Below, one piece after another: positions 19,001 through 25,207 of a stretch of DNA of 64,000 nucleotides. The stretch's first letter is position 1; every line of letters starts with the position of its first letter. Origin of the DNA: Alphaproteobacteria bacterium (GTDB lineage Bacteria > Pseudomonadota > Alphaproteobacteria > Rickettsiales > JABDBP01); contig JABDBP010000003.1 of NCBI GenBank assembly GCA_013288565.1, positions 11,671 to 75,670 of the forward strand. Direction: 5' to 3'. The translations under genes and the position numbers were made by a program. The notes beneath the pieces were generated by a model that saw only the letters and a list, made by a program, of their open reading frames with translations, was not told the origin of the DNA and made no database searches.

Positions 19001-19418
19001 GCATCCGGGCGCCGCACCGGAAGTTGATTTCCTTCTCACCGCTACCAGCGATATTGATGGTATCGTTTATGTCAATGGCGTAGGGGAGGGCGGACAGCCC
19101 TTTGAAGTACCGCTGGAAGGTTCTACGGTGGAACTGGTCAATGATGATGGAAAGGTAATCGCCACCCAGCGTTCGGAATTCGATGGCTTTTTTGATTTTG
19201 AAAAAGTGTTTACCGGGCATTATGTCTTAAGGATCAAGGCCTCTGAGCTTGAAGAAAAGAAACTGGCAGAGCGGGAAACTCAGGAAATTACAGTTACCAA
19301 TAAAAGTGATTCTTACAGCGGCAAAGATATCCATTTGATCCGTGCGGATGTCCCTGCAGGTAATAAGACTGGCGGGGGAAATATAAATTATCCGGTCAAC
19401 CCGGGTATTACTGAATGA
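16056..19418 (+). CDS. Large secreted/outer-membrane protein, putative usher-equivalent of the DUF4402 pilus locus
   Basis: The 1120-aa protein has a signal peptide. Two related ~100-aa N-terminal modules are separated by a Pro/Gln-rich linker. A long beta-rich middle follows. The C-terminus looks like a carboxypeptidase-regulatory domain (GSTVELVNDDGKVIATQRSEFDGFFDFEKVFTGHYVLRI). The start codon is GTG. Confidence 0.45.
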   Translation: MANGKSLLIIFAAFLISTVSVEARSQEIPPQKIFTPESAIKVDLKYRDTSLGTIEGYSNNGSFLVPLGVIASKLKFNITIDAPNATASGWFLSPSRIFVLHVNTGQAIIEGKEVKIPPNTAFINKGEIYVDIALLESFFPLNLRIDTNQGYLQILPNEPFPGLEETSPTEKTLPAKPVPLQAAPSEQPSTQPAKPVQEKEQLDALNEDNLVIFQTMLDKIALENFIEGYSTENQNYLISFSDLMHLLDFPITFDPLTNTAKGWFVKEENTFLLNVKEGFAEIKGQRTSFPKAQVRIKDGMLFVNSELLARWFPLEFKFDLASLIMHINPTEPLPIMTKMEREKKLEKFQKQQQKQAVVYDRIEAPYQGISFPFLDLDLNTGFTHNANSANNLTTSLTNNNFITNTGTTVPIVPVTSGNTAPNKGSFYGYSVVGGGDLAYLSANTYVAGNNDRNPEIARLDLGRKDADAQLLGPMHATAFDVGDINSGSVPLVATTSLGRGVSVTNLPVNSNLEFDHVSLVGDSIADWDVELYRNDALIDFQHVGTDGRYQFINVPLLYGNNIFRLVFYGPQGQTREETRQYNIGDEVLHPGEFRYFASVDQKSQSLFGLNEDFGVQNTKDVRYVSDFQFGLTKWLTGVVGAVSTPLIDGVHNYLTSGLRADMLGSIIGFDGAVTDNNQWATKTTLVTAIKDVSLKLEQRFYSDNYTSEENVLTGATPTSLSQIDLNTSFPSFLFLPYMTMGLNVKNETFPTGDQQFITHRFTTSISGIGISNNLTATYSPGLDTYIGDFALRGNLFGWNIHNVLEYELQPLEQLQKIDLVLQHNITQNVSDRIEIQKDLVESSASTYLNSIIWDRQLYKISLETSVSERGDAQILGRLTFSLAKDPRSNDVRTTSQSLASKGGVVAKTYLDTNNNQKLDDGDQLITEPLGYNVGGKKYTANNDAEDLILGVDTYRPVNIEIDQSQIPDPRWVPYKNGYTVITHPGAAPEVDFLLTATSDIDGIVYVNGVGEGGQPFEVPLEGSTVELVNDDGKVIATQRSEFDGFFDFEKVFTGHYVLRIKASELEEKKLAERETQEITVTNKSDSYSGKDIHLIRADVPAGNKTGGGNINYPVNPGITE

Positions 19419-19569
19419 ATAGTAAATGGAGTTATGATCAAGCCTCTTGTGATTGATCCAGTTTTAGAGTTAAAAGATATAATAAATAAGGTGTTATTCT
19501 GATTTCCTGGCATTTTCCATGCACAATTAGACGGGCATTATACATTTAGAAGAGACACCACTTGGAAAG

Positions 19570-19664
19570 TGGTGCCAGAGGCGCTCCCACATCAGCACCA
19601 TAACATATTGATTATAATAATGATTCCTGGTTCGACCTTCCCAAGGTACCCCAAAAAGTACCCC
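19570..19664. repeat. Distal island boundary: duplicated 3' end of tRNA-Phe plus an 88-bp direct repeat (copy L)
   Basis: gtggtgccagaggcg at 19570-19585 matches gtggtgcccagaggcg of the intact tRNA-Phe 3' end (25001-25016) apart from one missing c. 19577-19664 is about 85% identical by eye to 24799-24886. Confidence 0.7.
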
Positions 19665-19755
19665 GGTTTGGATTTTGACTTTTCACGGTACTATGGTTCA
19701 CAGATAGAGACCAATGTATTGTTTTATAACTGTAGCAATTCAAAACTACCTCCAC

Positions 19756-20007
19756 CTAATTATTTTTCTTAGCGAAGTAAGTTTCATGAATGTAATTTTC
19801 TGTTTCTTCATCAGGCTCGCCTTCTCCGGAAGCGATAATAACCCCAAAATCTTCCGGACTAGTGGTTTTAGTCATTAATGCGAGTTTCAAGTCGCGGACA
19901 CGGTGTTTATAAAGAGCAAGGTATATATAAACCCTTTCACCATCCGTATTAAAACCACGGATTAGTTGAATTTCTATCTTTTTTTCTTTTGTTAATTTAT
20001 AGCCCAT
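19756..20007 (-). CDS. Small hypothetical protein (83 aa), last gene of the island operon
   Basis: The start MGYKLTKEKK lies 4 nt after the upstream stop. The longer track ORF (to 20082) overlaps the upstream gene. I recognise no motif. Confidence 0.45.
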   Translation of the reverse strand: MGYKLTKEKKIEIQLIRGFNTDGERVYIYLALYKHRVRDLKLALMTKTTSPEDFGVIIASGEGEPDEETENYIHETYFAKKNN

Positions 20008-20011
20008 ACCG

Positions 20012-22243
20012 TTATTTCTCTTTTTCCTTTTGCTCTTTGGATTCAACTTGTTGCTCCAATGCAGGGGAAGGAGATACAACATCCCCTGCAGTGGTTGAAG
20101 TAGCTCCCATTCTTAGTACAAACCGTCTTTCAGCCTCTACCATCGCTGCAGCATATTCAGGATGAAGTAGGACGGTATTTTTATCATGAGGATGCTGCCA
20201 TCTTAATTCTTCACATGAGTAAGTTTTGCCTTCGTAATCCTTAGGCGCCTCTGTTCCATTAATTAGGTATTTCTTCCCTGACTTTAGTCGGAGAGTGCGT
20301 TGGGCAACTAATAGGTTTGATGCTCCCGGTCTTATTTCTTCAATCTGCCTTTGAACATCAGCCTGTAGTACATACTTCTTATCCAGCAATTCCGTATATT
20401 TCTTTTCAGCTTCTATAATTGCTGCGGCATATTCAGGATGAAGCAGCGCACTGCTTAAAGTATCAGTAGTCCGCCACCTTAACTCTTCATGTAAGTAAGT
20501 TTTACCTTCATAACTTTCCGGTACCTCCGTTCCATTAATTAGATATTTCTTTCCTGATTCTAGTCGGCGAGTGCGACGAGCAACTATATGCTTTCCTGCT
20601 CTCGGCCTTATTTTCTTAATCTGTTTTTCAACATCAGTTTGCAACACATATCCCTTATCTAGTAATTCTTTCCATTTCTTTTCAGCTTCTATCATTGCTG
20701 CAGCATATTCAGGATGAAGTAGGACGGTATATGGATCCTGAGGATGCGGCCACCTTAATTCTTCACGCGAGTAAGCTTTGCCTTCATAATCCTTCGGCGC
20801 TTCCATCCCATTAATGAGGTATTTCTTTCCTGGCTTTAGTTGACGAGTGCGGGCAGCAACTAATAGCTTCGCTGCTCTCGGTCTTATGTCTTCAATCTGC
20901 TTTTGAACATCAACCTGTGGTACATACTTCTTGTCCAGCAATTCCTTATATTTCTTTTCATCTTCTATCATTGCTGCAGCATATTCTGGGTGAAGCAGTA
21001 CAGTGAATAAATCATGAGGAGGCTGCCATCTTAATTCTTCACGTGAGTAAGTGTGGCCCTCGTAATCCTTAGGTGCCTCCATCCCATTAATTAGATATTT
21101 CTTTCCTGACTTTAGTCGGAGAGTGCGTTGGGCAACTAATAGGTTTGATGCTCCCGGTCTTATTTCTTCAATCTGCCTTTGAACATCAGCCTGTAGTACA
21201 TACTTCTTATCCAGCAATTCCGTATATTTCTTTTCAGCTTCTATAATTGCTGCGGCATATTCAGGATGAAGTAGGACGGTATTTTTATCATGAGGATGCT
21301 GCCATCTTAATTCTTCACATGAGTAAGTTTTGCCTTCGTAATCCTTAGGCGCCTCTGTTCCATTAATTAGATATTTCTTTCCTGACTTTAGTTGACGAGT
21401 GCGGAAAGCAACTAAACCATGTGCAGCTTCTGGCCTTATTTCTTCAATCTGCTTTTGAACATCGTCCTGTGGCACATACTTCTTATCCAGTAATTTCTTA
21501 TGTTTCTTTTCAGCCTCTATCATTGCTGCAGCATATTCTGGATGAAGTAGGACGGTATATGGATCATGAGGATGTTGCCATCTTAATTCTTCACGTGAGT
21601 AAGTTTTGCCATCGTAATCCTTAGGCGTCTCTTTCCCATTAATTAGATATCTCTTTCCTGACTTTAGTTGACGAGTGCGAGTAGCAACTAATTTATTTGA
21701 TGCTCCCGGTCTTATTTCTTCAATCTGCTTTTGAACATCAACCTGTGGTACATACTTCTTGTCCAGCAATTCCTTATATTTCTTTTCATCTTCTATCATT
21801 GCTGCAGCATATTCTGGGTGAAGCAGTACAGTGAATAAATCATGAGGAGGCTGCCATCTTAATTCTTCACGTGAGTAAGTGTGGCCCTCGTAATCCTTAG
21901 GTGCCTCCATCCCATTAATTAGATATTTCTTTCCTGGTTCTAGTCGGCTAGTGCGTTTAGCAACTAACATCTTTGTCGTTCCCGGTCTTATTTCCTCAAT
22001 CTGCTTTTGAACGTCAGCTTGCAGCACCCATTTTGCTGCCAGCAGCCTCTCATACTCCCTATCCGCCTCTTCCCTTCCTTTCCTAGTTTCTTGCTCCACA
22101 GAGACCGGGTCTTTCTCATCCCGCATCCTTTGCAGCTCGGCCAAAAGTTCTGCTAAGTCTCCAGCGCCCAGAGGCAATGGGGTTCCGCTCACCGAGCTAA
22201 GATTCTTTTCTTCTGCCGATCCATCTGGGAGCTGTTCATTCAT
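20012..22243 (-). CDS. Repeat protein: seven tandem 92-aa units (YLING-x-EAPKDYEGKTYSxEELRW ... LLHPEYAAA)
   Basis: The ORF is 743 aa. Seven YLING-containing units were counted in the translation. The N-terminus is acidic and the C-terminus is Lys/Glu-rich. Confidence 0.7.
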   Translation of the reverse strand: MNEQLPDGSAEEKNLSSVSGTPLPLGAGDLAELLAELQRMRDEKDPVSVEQETRKGREEADREYERLLAAKWVLQADVQKQIEEIRPGTTKMLVAKRTSRLEPGKKYLINGMEAPKDYEGHTYSREELRWQPPHDLFTVLLHPEYAAAMIEDEKKYKELLDKKYVPQVDVQKQIEEIRPGASNKLVATRTRQLKSGKRYLINGKETPKDYDGKTYSREELRWQHPHDPYTVLLHPEYAAAMIEAEKKHKKLLDKKYVPQDDVQKQIEEIRPEAAHGLVAFRTRQLKSGKKYLINGTEAPKDYEGKTYSCEELRWQHPHDKNTVLLHPEYAAAIIEAEKKYTELLDKKYVLQADVQRQIEEIRPGASNLLVAQRTLRLKSGKKYLINGMEAPKDYEGHTYSREELRWQPPHDLFTVLLHPEYAAAMIEDEKKYKELLDKKYVPQVDVQKQIEDIRPRAAKLLVAARTRQLKPGKKYLINGMEAPKDYEGKAYSREELRWPHPQDPYTVLLHPEYAAAMIEAEKKWKELLDKGYVLQTDVEKQIKKIRPRAGKHIVARRTRRLESGKKYLINGTEVPESYEGKTYLHEELRWRTTDTLSSALLHPEYAAAIIEAEKKYTELLDKKYVLQADVQRQIEEIRPGASNLLVAQRTLRLKSGKKYLINGTEAPKDYEGKTYSCEELRWQHPHDKNTVLLHPEYAAAMVEAERRFVLRMGATSTTAGDVVSPSPALEQQVESKEQKEKEK
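20098..22033. repeat. Tandem 276-bp coding repeats (7 units) with mosaic identical blocks
   Basis: 20278-20443 is identical to 21106-21271 (offset 828 = 3x276). About 100 bp starting at 20167 (to ~20268) matches the stretch starting at 21271 (offset 1104 = 4x276). The ~20933-21100 block recurs at ~21761-21930 (offset 828). Confidence 0.85.
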
Positions 22244-22276
22244 AACATTTAGAGAACTATTATTTTAGCGGGATTG

Positions 22277-24667
22277 TTAAGTCTTATCAGTCCCAGTCCC
22301 TTTTTCTTTATCGTCAAGACCCTTCTCATCTCCAGGAGGCAATCTAGGTTCCTCTCCAGGCCTTACTTCCTTAGAGTCAGTTCCGGGCCGCATGTTTGTA
22401 TTTCCCTCCCAACCCCTTCTGCGTTCTTCCTCGGCTCTCTTAGCTATTCTTTCCAATGCTCTTTGTATTTCCGCCGTTGTTACACCAGATTGCTCCGCAA
22501 TTGTTTCTACCGTCATGGAGCCCTGTTGCACATCTTGCCGCATTTGCAGATAAATCCCTTCAAGCAATGTCAGGCTTATTATGGTATTCCTTCCCAAGGT
22601 TCCTAGTAAATCCCTTCTGGTATAGGTTTGAACAGGTTTTGAACCATCTGTAGGAATGGTAAATCCATTTTCGCTTACTTGCGTGCTGGAGGTTACAATA
22701 TGGCCATTCTGATAATATCTGCCGCCCTCAACTATGTGCTGAATACGGCTTCTTAATATTTCTTCATTTGCTATCTGCGGGCTATTCAAATACGCCACAG
22801 CCTGAGATACCGTCATGAATCCTGGTGGAACATTCTGCTCAGCAGTTTCATATATGCCGGCGGCATCACCCACACGCTGCACTTGTACTGCATCATAATC
22901 AAAATAATGTACAAAACTATTACTCGGCTGCGGCAAGCTTTCCGGCCTCCGGCCCGGCCTGGTATCATCAATATGAGGAAAATCCCCAGGTATCCTTGAT
23001 ATATAAGGATGCCTCAACATATGGGCAAAGGTTTTTGTCATAGCGTTTCTAACAAACGCCCGGGGAGAAACACTTGTGTTAATCTCCCCCCAAAACGGAT
23101 GAGTGGCATCAAAAAAATGCGCTGGAGAGACATCCAATAACAGGAGGCTTTTCTGTTCCCTACCAAATATATTTGGAAAATTTGCAGTAGGGGCTCTGGT
23201 TCCGCGTGCGGCTTTTTGAATAGTGACATCCGGGTTGTCCAAGCCAAAACGAACTACAGCACAAATATTTTGTATATCTATCGCTCTTTCGAGGACGTCA
23301 GCTCCTACTATTCCTCTCTGCTGACCGTTATTGAGTCTATCAATAAGAGTTCTTACTCCGAACCTTACGATATTTCGGCCTCTTACTAGATCATCCATCG
23401 GAGTATCACCAGATACTGCGACAAATCCGCCCCTGCCATCTCCATTCCCATGAATTTCAATATTTCTTCTGTGAGCTCGTGCTTCCACGGCTGTTGCACC
23501 TGCAGGAGGTGGACCATAAAAATGATCATTTAGGAAATTCGCCACAAGCTCACCTGACAAAATGGTAGGAGTGTGAAATAAAACTGGGGTATCCAGAACT
23601 CTCACGACATGGTCATGATAATCTCGCAGCGCGGTCAGTGCCCCATTTACTAATCTTCCAACCAGATCAATTGATTGAATGACTTGAGGCCCAAGCTGTG
23701 CATCTTGTGCGATAGAGTTAGTCCATTCCGCTAATTCATGTCGCCATCTTTGTACGTCTGGAGTTGCCGCTGTTGCTGGCATCATATCAACACTGGCTAT
23801 TAAGGCATTTACCATGATAGGTCCATAACCATCACGTATGCCAGCATCCAAGGGGTAACTGCCGATTCGTGTCTGGCCCGGTAATAAATCCACTTCTATT
23901 TTGCCAGATGTTGCACTGGAAGCAATGCCTGTAGACCACCTCATACATTCTTCCACGATGGGCCTGGTGAGCTCGCCACATACATATCTATCAGCCTCGT
24001 CAAATATTGCTCGCCCAAAAACAAATCTCTGGCGAATACCCTCTTGTCTATATTCGGGGAATGCCTCCTCATTTGGAGTTGCAATTCCTTCCCTAATCAA
24101 ACGCAGAAAGCCTAGATTATGGGTAATGATGGTAAGGGGATGCACCCGCTGCATCCGTTCTAAAATCTCCTGAATAACTTCCCTGGCGTTCCCCGCTTCA
24201 GAATCAAATACAATAAATCTTGTAGCATCTAAACCAAGGTGCTCAGCATCAGTGGCACGATCATATAAATTTCGGTTTGATTCTAATTTGGTTGTTACCA
24301 ACAAACTATTTGTGCCACAGTTATAGCAATCAAAAAGATTCATTCTGCCTTTGCCAAATCCGCCAAATGCTTCTTCAAAACCTAGATCATAGATTTTTCT
24401 TCCACCCTCCGTGCGATATTCACCATTTGACAAGCGTTCATAGTCAGGCATACCAGCCGCATTGGTGATAGGATAAAACCGTCCCATGAACTCAAGACGG
24501 TCACCTTGCCTTGCCGCCACAAATCTTGCTCTATTCCTAAGATAAGTCAGTTGATCCGGAAAAAGCTCCATTGGAGGATTTTTGCTTTCCGCCATAGCAG
24601 CTTCAACAGCTTCAATAGCCCTAAGTAGACTAGATGAGACTAGTTGATCTAATTGTGGGTTGGACAT
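22277..24667 (-). CDS. Divergent superfamily-2 helicase-like protein
   Basis: AIFDEADRY is a DEAD-like motif II. VGADVLERAIDIQNICAVVRFGLDNPDVTIQKAARGTRA is a helicase-C motif V/VI-like block. There is no canonical GxGKT; the closest is GGFGKGR. A ~250-aa C-terminal extension ends in a charged tail. Confidence 0.5.
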   Translation of the reverse strand: MSNPQLDQLVSSSLLRAIEAVEAAMAESKNPPMELFPDQLTYLRNRARFVAARQGDRLEFMGRFYPITNAAGMPDYERLSNGEYRTEGGRKIYDLGFEEAFGGFGKGRMNLFDCYNCGTNSLLVTTKLESNRNLYDRATDAEHLGLDATRFIVFDSEAGNAREVIQEILERMQRVHPLTIITHNLGFLRLIREGIATPNEEAFPEYRQEGIRQRFVFGRAIFDEADRYVCGELTRPIVEECMRWSTGIASSATSGKIEVDLLPGQTRIGSYPLDAGIRDGYGPIMVNALIASVDMMPATAATPDVQRWRHELAEWTNSIAQDAQLGPQVIQSIDLVGRLVNGALTALRDYHDHVVRVLDTPVLFHTPTILSGELVANFLNDHFYGPPPAGATAVEARAHRRNIEIHGNGDGRGGFVAVSGDTPMDDLVRGRNIVRFGVRTLIDRLNNGQQRGIVGADVLERAIDIQNICAVVRFGLDNPDVTIQKAARGTRAPTANFPNIFGREQKSLLLLDVSPAHFFDATHPFWGEINTSVSPRAFVRNAMTKTFAHMLRHPYISRIPGDFPHIDDTRPGRRPESLPQPSNSFVHYFDYDAVQVQRVGDAAGIYETAEQNVPPGFMTVSQAVAYLNSPQIANEEILRSRIQHIVEGGRYYQNGHIVTSSTQVSENGFTIPTDGSKPVQTYTRRDLLGTLGRNTIISLTLLEGIYLQMRQDVQQGSMTVETIAEQSGVTTAEIQRALERIAKRAEEERRRGWEGNTNMRPGTDSKEVRPGEEPRLPPGDEKGLDDKEKGTGTDKT

Positions 24668-24798
24668 ACTAAACTCCTTTATTCCCGCTAAAGATTTGTG
24701 GGGTAACCATCATTACCCTGTTGGATTAGGGCAATTATTTCATAGAAAGGTTAATAAAAGGTTAAGGAATCAGATTTATTTTTATCGCAATATACTTT

Positions 24799-24886
24799 AG
24801 AGGTGCTCCCACATCAGAGCCGCAACATATTGATTATAATAATCATTTCTGATTCGACTTTTCCAGGGTACCCCAAAAAGTACTCC
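24799..24886. repeat. 88-bp direct repeat (copy R) near tRNA-Phe
   Basis: This copy aligns with 19577-19664 with about 12 mismatches in 88 by eye. It keeps the agagg[c/t]gctccc junction but lacks the tggtgcc part of the tRNA end. Confidence 0.7.
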
Positions 24887-25001
24887 AATTTCTTCTGGAT
24901 GTTATCAGATTTCTAAAAACCGGTTAAGGTTAGAAAGCACCTGTTTTCCTTAGTTCTAGGCCGATATTTTAGGTTCGGCAAGGTTAGGCTAGATTAAGGA
25001 G

Positions 25002-25077
25002 TGGTGCCCAGAGGCGGAATCGAACCACCGACACAGGGATTTTCAGTCCCTTGCTCTACCAACTGAGCTATCTGGGC
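25002..25077 (-). tRNA. tRNA-Phe (GAA)
   Basis: The reverse complement folds as acceptor GCCCAGA/TCTGGGC, anticodon stem AGGGA/TCCCT with loop CTGAAAA, and T-loop TTCGATT. CCA is encoded. Confidence 0.9.
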
Positions 25078-25207
25078 AATTATAAAGGATTTTGCGGAGT
25101 GTATAAAATATGCAGGAATAATTGTCATCTATTTATTTATACAGTGACCGCAGAACACATAAAAAAAGTCTGGAAAATCTGGATTCATAGCAATTACTTT
25201 AACCTTC

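Noticed and set aside
19756-20082. The long form (108 aa) of the small island ORF, which overlaps the 3' end of the repeat-protein gene by 71 nt.
   Set aside because: The internal ATG at 20007 lies 4 nt after the upstream stop, and the extension is basic junk-like sequence. The short 83-aa form is preferred.
20098-22033. Regularly spaced repeats that could superficially suggest a CRISPR-like or satellite array.
   Set aside because: The period is 276 bp with no unique spacers. The whole region is one uninterrupted ORF whose repeats are in frame (92 aa). It is a coding tandem repeat, not a CRISPR array.
24887-25001. The 115-bp spacer between repeat copy R and tRNA-Phe, which contains reiterated aggtta words, considered as a possible small RNA or att core.
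   Set aside because: There is no convincing secondary structure, promoter or terminator. It is treated as part of the decayed island junction.
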